Part shown: in pieces, positions 1 to 10,832 of the stretch
How positions within the stretch are numbered: the first letter of the stretch is position 1
Layout: every line of letters begins with the position of its first letter
IMG/VR virus record: IMGVR_UViG_3300023174_000038
Span: 124,001-188,000 of that record
Reading direction: 5' to 3' (one strand)
Length of the DNA stretch: 64,000 bases
Notes under the pieces: generated by a model
The model's database searches: none
Seen by the model: only the letters and a program-made list of their open reading frames with translations
What the model was told of the DNA's origin: nothing
Translations under genes and position numbers: made by a program

Positions 1-3000
1 CAACCAAACATAACTTCAGTTGGTAGTTTAACTGGCTTAACTGTAAGCAATGCAACTGGCGTAGTTAACTTCACTACAACAGCTAACGTAACACTAGGTG
101 CTGTGGCTAACTTACATATCTCCGGCGGAACAACTGGTCAGTATCTATCAACTGATGGGTCTGGTACATTAACATGGTCTACAGTTAGTTCTGGTTCAAG
201 TAGTAATATCAGTAATGGCAATAGTAATGTTAACATACCGGCTGCAAATGGCAATGTTAATATTAGTGCAGTTGGTAATGCAAATATCGTAGTTGTTACA
301 GGCACTGGTGTTAATGTAGCCGGTACACTAAATGTAACTGGTAATGCGACAGTTGGCAATATTGTCACATCTGGATCAGGTGGTAACGTATCTAATGTCA
401 ACGTTATCTCAGCAAATACGTTTATTGCGTCCGGTAACTTAACTGCAGGCAATATCAATACAACTGGTAGTGGTGGTAATATTGGTAATGCAAACGTTAT
501 CTCAGCTAATACATTCACTGCATCTGGTAACATAACTTCTGGTAATGCAAACTTAGGTAACGGTGTAACAGCTAATTACTTTACGGGTAACTTCTATGGG
601 ACAGCCAATCTAGCAACATATGCAACTACTGCTAATGCGGTTGCCGGGGGTAATGTCTCTGGGCAAGTAGCTAACAGTTTAATAGCCGGTACAGTATACA
701 CTAATGCACAACCAAATATAACAAGTGTTGGTAGTTTAACCGGTTTAACAGTAAGCAATGCAACAGGTGTTGTAAACTTTACAACATCAGCTAACGTAAC
801 ACTGGGTGCAGTAGCTAATCTACATATCTCGGGTGGTACAACTGGTCAATACTTATCTACAGATGGATCAGGAACATTGACATGGTCTACTGTTTCAAGC
901 GGGGCATCAAGTAACATCAGCAATGGTAATAGTAACGTAAACATTCCATCAGCAAACGGGAATGTTAATATCAGTGCAGTAGGTAATGCAAATATACTAG
1001 TTGTTACTGGAACAGGCGTTAATGTAGCCGGTACATTAAATGTTACAGGTAATGCTACCGTTGGCAATATTGTTACGTCGGGTAGTGGTGGTAATGTATC
1101 TAATGTTAATGTTATATCAGCTAATACATTTATTGCTAGTGGCAATCTTACAGCAGGTAATATTAACACAACAGGTAGTGGTGGTAATATTGGTAATGCA
1201 AACGTTATCTCAGCTAATACATTCACTGCATCTGCTAATATAACTAGTGGTAATGCAAACTTAGGTAATAGTGTAACTGCTAATTACTTTACTGGTAACT
1301 TCTATGGAACAGCTAATCTAGCAACATATGCTACAACTGCAAATGCGGTTGCCGGCGGCAATGTCTCTGGCCAAGTAGGTAACAGTTTAATAGCCGGTAC
1401 AGTATACACTAATGCACAACCAAATATAACTTCAGTTGGTAGTTTAACCGGATTAACAGTAAGTAATGCAACAGGTGTTGTAAACTTCACTACTACAGCT
1501 AACGTTACTTTAGGTACGGTTGCTAATTTACACATAGCCGGCGGTACAAATGGTCAATATTTACAGACAGATGGATCAGGAACATTAACTTGGGCTACGG
1601 TCAGTTCTGGTGCCGCAAGTAATATTAGTAACGGAAACAGTAATGTAAATATTCCGGCTGCAAATGGCAACATCAATTTAACTGCAGTTGGTAATACTGT
1701 AATGGTAGTAACCGGAACTGGAGTTAATGTTGCCGGATACACAACTATAACTGGTAATTTAACTGCTGGAAATATCAATGCTGGTTCAGGTACCGGTGGT
1801 AATATTACTGGTGCTAACTTAGTTAGTGCTAATTTCTTTACAGGCACATTAACAACTAATGCTCAACCAAATATAACAAGTGTTGGTACATTAACTAGTT
1901 TAACTGTTACTGGTAATATCACTGCCGGTAACGTCAATGCTGGTAATTTAATAACAGCAAATTACACAACTGCTGTAATTACCACAGCGGCACAACCAAA
2001 TATAACAAGTGTAGGTACACTAACTAGTTTAATTGTTTCAGGTAATGGTACATTTGGAAACATATTAGGACCACTTGCAAATGGCAATAGTAATGTAAAC
2101 ATACCAGCCGCAAATGGCAATGTAAACATTAGTGCTGCCGGCAATGCTAACGTAGTAGTAATTACCGGTACTGGTGCAAACATCACTGGTACAGCAAACA
2201 TAACAGGTAATTTAAGTGCAGGTAATATTAGTGCTGGTTCTGGTTCTGGTGGTAACATCACCGGCGGTAATGTTATTTCAGCTAATACGTTTACTGCATC
2301 CGGCAACATAACTGCAAGTAATTTATCTATAACCGGTCTATCTAATTTAGGAGCTGTGGGTAATGTAACAATCACCGGCGGTACTAATGGTTATGTATTA
2401 AGCACAAATGGTTCAGGTGTACTAAGTTGGATAGCTCAATCAGGTGGTAGCAGTGCAAATATCAGTAATGGCAATAGTAATGTTAACATACCAGCTGCAA
2501 ATGGCAATGTAAACATTAGTGCTGCCGGCAATGCTAATATATTAGTAATTACCGGTACTGGTGCAAATATATCCGGTACAGCAAATATTACTGGTAATTT
2601 AATTGCAGGTAATATTAGTGCTGGTTCTGGTTCAGGTGGTAACATCACCGGCGGTAATGTTATCTCAGCTAATACATTCACGGCTAGTGGTAATATCACT
2701 TCGGGTAATGCAAATTTAGGTAATGCAGTAACTGCTAACTACTTTATCGGTAACTTTTATGGAACAGCTAACTCAGCAACAACTGCAGGTACTGTAACAA
2801 CTGCGGCTCAACCAAACATAACTTCAGTCGGAAGTCTAACTGGTTTAACTGTAAGCAATGCAACTGGAGTAGTCAATTTCACTACTACAGCTAATGTCAC
2901 GTTAGGTGCTGTAGCTAACTTACATATCAGCGGTGGCACAAATGGTCAATATTTACAAACAGATGGTTCAGGAACATTAACCTGGGCTACAGTCAGTAGT

Positions 3001-4284
3001 GGTGCCGCAAGTAACATTGCAAATGGGAACAGTAACGTTAACATACCGGCCGCAAATGGCAATGTAAACATTAGTGCTGCCGGCAATGCTAATATATTAG
3101 TAATTACCGGTACTGGTGCAAATATATCCGGTACAGCAAATATTACTGGTAATCTAATTGCAGGTAATATTAGTGCTGGTTCTGGTTCAGGTGGTAACAT
3201 CACCGGCGGTAATGTTATCTCAGCTAACACATTTACCGCTTCAGGTAACATAACCGCCGGTAATGCTAACTTAGGTAATAGTGTAACTGCTAACTACTTT
3301 ACTGGTAATTTTTACGGCACTGCTAACTTAGCAACATACGCAACTACTGCAAATGCAGTAGCCGGCGGTAATGTATCCGGACAAGTAGCTAATGCATTAG
3401 TTGCTGGCACTGTATACACAAACGCTCAACCTAATATTACGTCAGTTGGTACACTAACAAGTTTAAGTGTTACTGGTAATATCACTGCGGGCAATGTTAA
3501 TGCCGGTAATTTATTAACAGCAAATTACTCAACTGCTGTGATTACAACTGCGGCTCAACCAAACATAACAAGCGTTGGTTCATTGACTGGATTGACAGTA
3601 AGCAATGCAACCGGTGTTGTCAATTTCACAACTACTGCTAACGTTACTTTGGGAGCGGTTGCAAATCTACATATCAGCGGTGGCACAAATGGTCAATATT
3701 TACAGACAGATGGATCTGGTACATTAACTTGGTCTACTGTCAGTAGTGGCGCCGCAAGTAACATTAGTAACGGAAATAGTAATGTAAATATTCCAAGTGC
3801 TAACGGAAATGTAAATATAAGTGCAGTTGGTAATGCAAATATACTAGTTGTAACTGGTACTGGTGCAAATATCACAGGAACATTAAAAGTTACTGGTCAA
3901 AGTAATTTAGGTGCTGTGAGTAATGTAGTTATTACAGGTGGAACAGCAAATTATTTACTTAAGACTGATGGTGCAGGAAACTTAAGTTGGACAGCTCCCC
4001 CGCAAAGTGCAAATATAACAGTAGATAACTTTACGGGCAATGGTGTACAAACAGTATTTACTTTAAGTACTACGCCAACAGGCATAAATCAAACTAGTGT
4101 TAACTATAACGGAGCAACAGTATTGCGTACGGATTATTCATTGACCGGGGCTAATATCACATTTAGCAGTGCGCCTGCAAATGGTAGTTTGATAGAAGTA
4201 ACAACAGTAAATCTAACCTCTGGAAGCGGAGGCGGAACATCAGCGGCAGCCGCAGTAGGCTATTCATTAATATTTGGAGGATAA
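1..4284 (+). CDS. Giant repeat fibre/virion protein, 5'-truncated by window edge
   Basis: Frame 1 is open from base 1 (QPNITSVGSLTG...), so the GTG at 103 is not the true start. About 236-aa (708-nt) N/G/S/T-rich repeats with GQYLxTDGSGxLxW and SNGNSNVNIPAANG motifs; ends ...AVGYSLIFGG. Confidence 0.8.
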   Translation, partial: QPNITSVGSLTGLTVSNATGVVNFTTTANVTLGAVANLHISGGTTGQYLSTDGSGTLTWSTVSSGSSSNISNGNSNVNIPAANGNVNISAVGNANIVVVTGTGVNVAGTLNVTGNATVGNIVTSGSGGNVSNVNVISANTFIASGNLTAGNINTTGSGGNIGNANVISANTFTASGNITSGNANLGNGVTANYFTGNFYGTANLATYATTANAVAGGNVSGQVANSLIAGTVYTNAQPNITSVGSLTGLTVSNATGVVNFTTSANVTLGAVANLHISGGTTGQYLSTDGSGTLTWSTVSSGASSNISNGNSNVNIPSANGNVNISAVGNANILVVTGTGVNVAGTLNVTGNATVGNIVTSGSGGNVSNVNVISANTFIASGNLTAGNINTTGSGGNIGNANVISANTFTASANITSGNANLGNSVTANYFTGNFYGTANLATYATTANAVAGGNVSGQVGNSLIAGTVYTNAQPNITSVGSLTGLTVSNATGVVNFTTTANVTLGTVANLHIAGGTNGQYLQTDGSGTLTWATVSSGAASNISNGNSNVNIPAANGNINLTAVGNTVMVVTGTGVNVAGYTTITGNLTAGNINAGSGTGGNITGANLVSANFFTGTLTTNAQPNITSVGTLTSLTVTGNITAGNVNAGNLITANYTTAVITTAAQPNITSVGTLTSLIVSGNGTFGNILGPLANGNSNVNIPAANGNVNISAAGNANVVVITGTGANITGTANITGNLSAGNISAGSGSGGNITGGNVISANTFTASGNITASNLSITGLSNLGAVGNVTITGGTNGYVLSTNGSGVLSWIAQSGGSSANISNGNSNVNIPAANGNVNISAAGNANILVITGTGANISGTANITGNLIAGNISAGSGSGGNITGGNVISANTFTASGNITSGNANLGNAVTANYFIGNFYGTANSATTAGTVTTAAQPNITSVGSLTGLTVSNATGVVNFTTTANVTLGAVANLHISGGTNGQYLQTDGSGTLTWATVSSGAASNIANGNSNVNIPAANGNVNISAAGNANILVITGTGANISGTANITGNLIAGNISAGSGSGGNITGGNVISANTFTASGNITAGNANLGNSVTANYFTGNFYGTANLATYATTANAVAGGNVSGQVANALVAGTVYTNAQPNITSVGTLTSLSVTGNITAGNVNAGNLLTANYSTAVITTAAQPNITSVGSLTGLTVSNATGVVNFTTTANVTLGAVANLHISGGTNGQYLQTDGSGTLTWSTVSSGAASNISNGNSNVNIPSANGNVNISAVGNANILVVTGTGANITGTLKVTGQSNLGAVSNVVITGGTANYLLKTDGAGNLSWTAPPQSANITVDNFTGNGVQTVFTLSTTPTGINQTSVNYNGATVLRTDYSLTGANITFSSAPANGSLIEVTTVNLTSGSGGGTSAAAAVGYSLIFGG

Positions 4285-4285
4285 C

Positions 4286-4657
4286 ATGGCAGCACCAAAC
4301 ATAATCAGTGCAACAACAATCAATGGTAAAACAACGGGTGCAAACCTAACAACAACCAGCGCAACTACGGTATTAAACAATGCTAGTGGTAGTGGTAAAT
4401 GCTTAAAAGTTAACACACTAAATGTAGCTAACTATGGAAATGCAGCTGTCAGTATAACAATAGGTTATTATAATGCCGCTAACATCGGTGGAACATTATT
4501 TCAACTTGTAGGTAATGTTAGTGTTCCTGGCAATAGTACATTGAATGTTATTGACAAAACAAGTCAGTACTACTTAGAAGAAAACAGTAGTTTAGGAGCA
4601 ACAGCGGGAACAGCAAACACATTATGTGTTACTTGTAGTTATGAGGATATAAGCTAA
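4286..4657 (+). CDS. Small virion structural protein (fibre-associated)
   Basis: GGAGG RBS precedes ATG 4286 (MAAPNIIS...YLEE...SYEDIS); coupled to the end of the fibre gene. Confidence 0.65.
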   Translation: MAAPNIISATTINGKTTGANLTTTSATTVLNNASGSGKCLKVNTLNVANYGNAAVSITIGYYNAANIGGTLFQLVGNVSVPGNSTLNVIDKTSQYYLEENSSLGATAGTANTLCVTCSYEDIS

Positions 4658-4658
4658 A

Positions 4659-5627
4659 ATGGTTAAAAGATATTATGGTGGTGTAATATCTGCTACACAA
4701 GCAGTAGCCAATGCTATATCAGCCTCTGGATTTTTTAATACTAGCCAGCAGATGCAGGCAACCCAAGCTCAAAACTGGCCATCACTCTTACCATCAATAG
4801 AATATCTAGTGATTGCTGGTGGCGGTGGTGGTGGTACGTTTGAGTCTTCAGCTTTTTCAGGTGGAGGTGGTGGAGCCGGTGGCTATAGAACTGCATCCGG
4901 ATTACAAGTTATTGCGGGATCTCCTATTACGGTTACAGTTGGTGCAGGTGGTGGTGGTAGTACTAACAGAACTGCGCCAGGTTCCAATGGATCTAATTCT
5001 GTGTTTGGTTCAATTACCTCTACTGGCGGAGGCGGCGGGGGTTCAGACGCCAGCTCTTCAGGCTTGTCTGGCGGGTCCGGAGGAGGTGGCGCTGCAAGTT
5101 TTAGCGCTAACGCCAATGGTGGCGCAGGAAATACCCCGTCAACTTCCCCTTCACAAGGAAATAACGGAGGTCTGAGTTATGGGGTCGCTGGCGGCTACGG
5201 AAATGGTGGAGGTGGAGGTGGAGCCGGTGCCGCCGGGCAAGCTTCTGGAACTACGCCGAGCTCTGCTAATAAAGGCGGCGATGGTGGTGCAGGTACATCA
5301 TCATCTATATCAGGCTCAACTGTCATCTATGCAGGTGGAGGTGGAGGAGCCGGATATCAAAACTCTGCCGCCGGAACTGGTGGAGGTGGGACTGGCTGGA
5401 GTAGTGTAGGACAAACAGCAACAGCAGGTACAGTTAACACCGGCGGAGGTGGCGGAGGTAATGGATATACAGGTGGAAACGGAATGTCAGGGGGTTCCGG
5501 CATTGTAATCATTCGCTATGGAGACACATATGCAGCCGCAACAAGTACAACAGGTAGTCCAACAATAACTGTAGCCGGTGGATATAGAGTTTACAAATGG
5601 ACCAGCTCAGGATCAATAACATTCTAA
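4659..5627 (+). CDS. Glycine-rich domain virion/tail protein
   Basis: EYLVIAGGGGGG ... GGSGIVIIRY ... YRVYKWTSSGSITF pattern of phage Gly-rich domains. Confidence 0.7.
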   Translation: MVKRYYGGVISATQAVANAISASGFFNTSQQMQATQAQNWPSLLPSIEYLVIAGGGGGGTFESSAFSGGGGGAGGYRTASGLQVIAGSPITVTVGAGGGGSTNRTAPGSNGSNSVFGSITSTGGGGGGSDASSSGLSGGSGGGGAASFSANANGGAGNTPSTSPSQGNNGGLSYGVAGGYGNGGGGGGAGAAGQASGTTPSSANKGGDGGAGTSSSISGSTVIYAGGGGGAGYQNSAAGTGGGGTGWSSVGQTATAGTVNTGGGGGGNGYTGGNGMSGGSGIVIIRYGDTYAAATSTTGSPTITVAGGYRVYKWTSSGSITF

Positions 5628-5646
5628 ATATAGGATAAAACAAATA

Positions 5647-6681
5647 ATGGCAATAACTTTTTCAGGCGTAAATTTTAGTGGTGGATTTCAAATTCAACCA
5701 ACCTTTGCACCCGATGCACCAACAGTTGGTTCAGCTACAGCTACAGGAAGTACAACTGCAACGGTAGCATTCACTGCTCCAAGTTACGGTGGCTCTACAA
5801 CTATAACAACTTATACAGCAACAAGTAGTCCAGGTGGTATCACCGGTACATTAAGTCAAGCTGGTTCTGGAACAATTACTGTTTCTGGATTAACAGCAAG
5901 TACAAGCTATACATTTACGGTAACTGCTACAAATAGTAATGGTACAAGTGTAGCAAGTAGTGCAAGTAATAGTATTACAACTCAATCTGCTCTTATACCA
6001 ATTACATATTTGGTAGTTGGGCCAGGCGGCTCATCTGGAGGAACTGCATCACCATACGGCTCTACTGGCGGCGGCGGCGGTTCTGGTGGTGCAGTATTTG
6101 GTACTTCAAGTCTTACCGGAACACTAACAGCAACTGTAGGTACTTCTACGGGTCCTTATTATGTGCAAGGTACTAATAGTTCATTAGTTAGTACCGGCTT
6201 TACTAGAACTGCATATGCAGGAGGAAATGGTGGTCTGCGACAAGGCAATACTAATTCAGCAGGCTATGATGGGTATGCAGGTTTGGGGGGTGCTCAGGGA
6301 GATGGTAGTACTTCTGTAGGCGGGTCATTAGGAGCTGGTTCGCTATACGGGGCGGCAGGAACCGGCGGAAATGGAACATTTAGTGGCGGCGGAGGCGGAG
6401 GCGCCGGTGGCAATACGACCGGTGGTTACCCGAACGGTGGTGCAGGCGGTGCAGGCGGCCAACGAAATTGGACTGCATCATCTTGGAATAATATTGGTAG
6501 TACTTGGGGAGCAGGAAAAGCCGCAGGAACATCTGATACCGGCGGTACTCAAGGTATTGTTGCAATACAATATCCAGATACATACCCGGCTGCTACTTCA
6601 ACAACCGGTAGCCCATCAATAGTGGTGACGGGCGGATATAGAGTATATACATGGACTAGTAGTGGTTCAATAACGTTTTAA
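5647..6681 (+). CDS. Fibronectin type III plus glycine-rich virion protein
   Basis: APDAPT...VAFTAP...Y...VSGLTASTSYTFTVTATN FN3 signature followed by a Gly-rich domain. Confidence 0.75.
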   Translation: MAITFSGVNFSGGFQIQPTFAPDAPTVGSATATGSTTATVAFTAPSYGGSTTITTYTATSSPGGITGTLSQAGSGTITVSGLTASTSYTFTVTATNSNGTSVASSASNSITTQSALIPITYLVVGPGGSSGGTASPYGSTGGGGGSGGAVFGTSSLTGTLTATVGTSTGPYYVQGTNSSLVSTGFTRTAYAGGNGGLRQGNTNSAGYDGYAGLGGAQGDGSTSVGGSLGAGSLYGAAGTGGNGTFSGGGGGGAGGNTTGGYPNGGAGGAGGQRNWTASSWNNIGSTWGAGKAAGTSDTGGTQGIVAIQYPDTYPAATSTTGSPSIVVTGGYRVYTWTSSGSITF

Positions 6682-6698
6682 GGTAAATTATGGCAATA
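6661..6698 (+). repeat. 38-nt exact gene-junction repeat (second copy 7554..7591)
   Basis: AGTGGTTCAATAACGTTTTAAGGTAAATTATGGCAATA spans stop, RBS and start at both junctions. Confidence 0.85.
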
Positions 6699-7574
6699 AC
6701 TTTTTCAGGTGTAACAATAACAGGAGGATGGACTATCACTGGTACTGATGGTCCAGGAGTCACACCTACAGTTGAATATCTTGTAGTTGCTGGGGGCGGT
6801 GGCGGGGCACAACTGGGTGGTGGCGGCGGCGCCGGTGGTTATAGAACTGCTACAGGATTTGCAGTAACTGCAGGATCTCCTATTACTGTTACAATTGGTG
6901 CTGGTGGCGCCGGCTCAACCTCTCTATCTGTCAGTGGTGTAAATGGTCAAAATTCAGTGTTTTCTTCAATTACATCAGCCGGCGGAGGTGGTGGTGGTAA
7001 CCCCGTTACTTATAATGGTTCAACCGGTGGATCAGGTGGTGGTGGTGGCGGCCGCGACTCAGGTGGTGTAGGGGCACCGGGCTCCGGTACAGTCGGTCAA
7101 GGATATGCAGGTGGAAATTCTTATGCCGGCGGAACAGCTGGTGGAGGTGGCGGTGGCGCTGGCGCAGTAGGTTTAGCGGGTTCTGCGACTAGAGTGCCCG
7201 GCAACGGTGGTGCTGGTCTACAATCTTCTATATCAGGTACTGCTACATATTATGCAGGTGGAGGTGGTGGTGGTGGCAATCAAGCTATCCCAGCGACTGC
7301 ATCGGTTGGAGGAATAGGAGGCGGGGGATACGGTACAATCACGCCCGTGGCGGGAGGTAGCGGTGATACTAATAGTGGTGGTGGTGGTGGTGGCAGTGGA
7401 TCAAATGATGGAATTTCTTTTGCTACCGGTGGAGCCGGTGGTTCCGGTATTGTAATAATTCGCTATGCAGATACATATACAGCCGCAACAAGTACTACTG
7501 GTAGTCCAACAATAACTGTAGCCGGTGGATATAGAGTATATAAATATACGTCAAGTGGTTCAATAACGTTTTAA
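6690..7574 (+). CDS. Glycine-rich domain virion/tail protein
   Basis: Paralogue of 4659..5627 (VEYLVVAGGGGG, GGSGIVIIRY, near-identical C-terminus). Confidence 0.7.
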   Translation: MAITFSGVTITGGWTITGTDGPGVTPTVEYLVVAGGGGGAQLGGGGGAGGYRTATGFAVTAGSPITVTIGAGGAGSTSLSVSGVNGQNSVFSSITSAGGGGGGNPVTYNGSTGGSGGGGGGRDSGGVGAPGSGTVGQGYAGGNSYAGGTAGGGGGGAGAVGLAGSATRVPGNGGAGLQSSISGTATYYAGGGGGGGNQAIPATASVGGIGGGGYGTITPVAGGSGDTNSGGGGGGSGSNDGISFATGGAGGSGIVIIRYADTYTAATSTTGSPTITVAGGYRVYKYTSSGSITF

Positions 7575-7582
7575 GGTAAATT

Positions 7583-10363
7583 ATGGCAATATTAAGTGGG
7601 TTAACAATATCAGGCGGTGGAATAACTATTGTAGGCGGTCCTACGGCTGCCGCAAATGATCCATACTTTATGTACAATACATTATTGTTACCGGGCAATG
7701 GAACTAACGGTGCACAAAATAATACATTTACAGATGGTAGTACAAATAACTTTACTGTCACACGCTATGGTAATACTACTCAAGGTACATTCAGTCCGTA
7801 TGGTGGTAACTGGAGTAACTACTTTGATGGTACTGGCGATTATTTAACAACACCCTCGTCACTTGCAATGGCACTTGGATCAACATTTACAGTTGAATGT
7901 TGGATTTATGTTCTTGCATGGAATGTTAGTAGTCCAACTATTCTTGATGTTCGTGATTCAAATATTGTAGGTGCTATATATCTTGAAAATAACGGAACTG
8001 CAAGGATGCAAACAACAGGTACCGGTACTATAGCATCTCAAACCGGCATTACACTTAATACATGGATACATGTTGCTTTTGTAAGTGATGCAACTTCTTC
8101 TAGAGTTTATGTAAACGGATCAAACACAGGTGCAACAAATCAAGGTCAAGCATTATTCCCTACTACTGCTAAAGTTGGATTTATTGGCGCTGACTTTAGT
8201 GGTGGCTATGGTTTTAATGGGTACATTTCAAATATGCGTGTAGTTAAAGGTACAGCATTATATACTGCAAACTTTACTCCAAGCACAACACCATTAACCG
8301 CAATAGCAAACACAAGTTTATTGACTTGCCAATCTAATAGATTTATTGACAATAGTACTAATGCTTTTTCTATTACCGTAGTCGGTAATACTAACATACA
8401 ACGTTTCAGTCCATTCAGTCCATCATCATTAACCCCAACAAGTTATAGTGGTTATTTTGATGGTAATGGGGATTATTTAACTCCTACTGCTAGTTCTGAA
8501 TATGCATTTGCTACAGGTGATTTTACAGTTGAATGCTGGGTATATCTTCCTTCTGTTCCTGGAGGAGAAGTAGGTTTTGTTAGTACATTTAATACTGGTA
8601 GTGGACAAGGATTTATTCTAGGTACAGGTGGCGGTGGCAATGCTGGTAGATTACATATTGGTTTAGGAAATGGTACCGGTTCGGGTAACTTTGATTTGTA
8701 TGATTCTGTAAGTGTGGTAGCAAATACATGGATTCATGTTGCGGCAGTTCGTAGCTCGGGTACAGTAACTTTATATAAAAACGGTGTCTCAGTTGGTTCG
8801 GGTTCTGGAACAAATAATATTGAAAGAACTTTACTTGGTATTAGTATCTCATATCCTAATAGCCCTCAAGGTTATGTAACCGGTTATATTTCTAACGTGC
8901 GTATAGTTAAAGGTGTTGCTGTTTATACCGGAGCATTTACTGTACCCACAAGTCCATTAACAGCAACTCAAAGTAGTGGTACAAATATTGCCGCAATTAC
9001 AGGTACATCAACAAGTTTATTAACCTGTCAATCAACTACATTTATAGATAACAGTACAAACAACTTTACGATTACTGCTAACGGTGATACTAAACCAACA
9101 CAACAAAACCCATTCGGTTTTACTACTGCAACTACAAATGGTTACACAACAAGTACAATTGGCGGGTCAGGATACTTTGATGGTACAGGGGATTATTTAG
9201 TTACTCCTGCAAGTTCTGCGCTAGCACTAGCAACAAATGCGGCAGACTTTACTATGGAATGCTGGGTATATAATAATGGTGGTGCTGGTAGTCAATATGG
9301 TAGAGGAATTTCTATTTATTATCCTTCGGGAGGATATGGTTCTAATAGATTAATGTTTCGGTTAATAGCTGGAGGAGACAGATTAAATTTGTACCTGCTA
9401 GCTAATGGTAGTGCAGAGTTTGGCGGCCCCGGCGTTGATGGTACTGCTACAATAACTATTGGTGCATGGACGCATGTTGCCTTAGTAAGGAATACAGGCG
9501 TATTTTATGCATATGTAAATGGCGTATTAGACATTACCGTAAATTCGTCATCCGCTGCTTCAAGTATACCTTTCACTACTTTTAATACAATGGAGGTTGG
9601 TAGAACACAAGACGGCGCTAGCCCTGATTGGTTTGGTAATATTTCTAACTATCGTTTTGTTAAAGGTACAGCAGTCTATACTAGTAACTTTGTGCCACCA
9701 TCACAGTCAATAACAGCAGTAACAAATACAGCATTATTACTTGATATGACAAATGCCGGTATCATTGACAATGCAATGATGAACAACTTAGAAACAGTTG
9801 GTAATGCACAGATTTCTACTACACAAAGTAAGTTTGGTGGAAGTAGCATGTATTTTGATGGTACTGGTGACTGGTTAGTATCACCTGTCTCTACTAATTT
9901 AGGAATGGGAACTGGTGACTTTACAATTGAAGGATGGTTCTACGCAACAAGCCCAACTTATGCACAAGGCTTCTTTCATATCAATCAAACCGCTATAGGT
10001 GCAACTGTTGCGGGTTATGCAATTGGTGTAACAGCATCAGGTGCAATTCAATATTACGCTGGTAATACTTTTACAACTTCGTCATCTACTATAACTGCTA
10101 ACACATGGACACACTTAGCATTAGTTAGGTCGGCCGGTACTGTTAAGGTATATGTAAATGGAATCTTACCAGCTTCAGGCGGCTCAATAGCTGATTCACA
10201 AAATGTAACATCTGCGCTTGCATATCTAGGAGTGTTTTATACAGTATCCGGGGGTGTTGCATATACAATGACAGGATATATTGATGATTTCCGCATCACA
10301 AAAGGTTACGCACGTTATACTGCTAACTTTACTCCATCAACAACGGCATTCCCAACATATTAA
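7583..10363 (+). CDS. Concanavalin A-like/LamG multi-domain virion protein (4 domains)
   Basis: Four copies of YFDGxGDYL...FTxECW...WxHxAxV...GYISNxR LamG-type motifs. Confidence 0.8.
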   Translation: MAILSGLTISGGGITIVGGPTAAANDPYFMYNTLLLPGNGTNGAQNNTFTDGSTNNFTVTRYGNTTQGTFSPYGGNWSNYFDGTGDYLTTPSSLAMALGSTFTVECWIYVLAWNVSSPTILDVRDSNIVGAIYLENNGTARMQTTGTGTIASQTGITLNTWIHVAFVSDATSSRVYVNGSNTGATNQGQALFPTTAKVGFIGADFSGGYGFNGYISNMRVVKGTALYTANFTPSTTPLTAIANTSLLTCQSNRFIDNSTNAFSITVVGNTNIQRFSPFSPSSLTPTSYSGYFDGNGDYLTPTASSEYAFATGDFTVECWVYLPSVPGGEVGFVSTFNTGSGQGFILGTGGGGNAGRLHIGLGNGTGSGNFDLYDSVSVVANTWIHVAAVRSSGTVTLYKNGVSVGSGSGTNNIERTLLGISISYPNSPQGYVTGYISNVRIVKGVAVYTGAFTVPTSPLTATQSSGTNIAAITGTSTSLLTCQSTTFIDNSTNNFTITANGDTKPTQQNPFGFTTATTNGYTTSTIGGSGYFDGTGDYLVTPASSALALATNAADFTMECWVYNNGGAGSQYGRGISIYYPSGGYGSNRLMFRLIAGGDRLNLYLLANGSAEFGGPGVDGTATITIGAWTHVALVRNTGVFYAYVNGVLDITVNSSSAASSIPFTTFNTMEVGRTQDGASPDWFGNISNYRFVKGTAVYTSNFVPPSQSITAVTNTALLLDMTNAGIIDNAMMNNLETVGNAQISTTQSKFGGSSMYFDGTGDWLVSPVSTNLGMGTGDFTIEGWFYATSPTYAQGFFHINQTAIGATVAGYAIGVTASGAIQYYAGNTFTTSSSTITANTWTHLALVRSAGTVKVYVNGILPASGGSIADSQNVTSALAYLGVFYTVSGGVAYTMTGYIDDFRITKGYARYTANFTPSTTAFPTY

Positions 10364-10393
10364 ACAAATAAATAACTTAAAGGAAATAAAAAA

Positions 10394-10753
10394 ATGAGTC
10401 ATTTCGCACAAATAGATGAAAATAACATCGTAACACAAGTAATCGTAATAGAACAGGATGTAGTAGATACTGGTCTATTTGGTGATCCAAATAGCTGGAT
10501 TCAAACAAGCTACAACACCTCTGGTGGTGTACATACATTAGGTGGTACACCATTACGTAAAAATTATGCTGGTATAGGCTATACATATGATAGTATCAGA
10601 GATGCATTTATACCACCAAAACCATTCAACAGCTGGACATTAAATGAATCTAGCTGTTTGTGGGAAGCTCCTACACCAATGCCAACTGATGATAAAATGT
10701 ATCGTTGGGATGAGGAAACAACAAGTTGGATTGAAATTGCTATGCCTGAGTAA
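10394..10753 (+). CDS. Conserved phage protein typically adjacent to tail/fibre genes
   Basis: AAGGA RBS; MSHFAQID...RKNYAGIGYTYD...DAFIPPKP..SW...CLWEAP pattern. Confidence 0.6.
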   Translation: MSHFAQIDENNIVTQVIVIEQDVVDTGLFGDPNSWIQTSYNTSGGVHTLGGTPLRKNYAGIGYTYDSIRDAFIPPKPFNSWTLNESSCLWEAPTPMPTDDKMYRWDEETTSWIEIAMPE

Positions 10754-10832
10754 CTGTTAGGAGTTAAATTGGATTAAATACATATATGCGATTTAAAAAA
10801 TAATCCAACTACACAAATAAGAGAATTACTAC

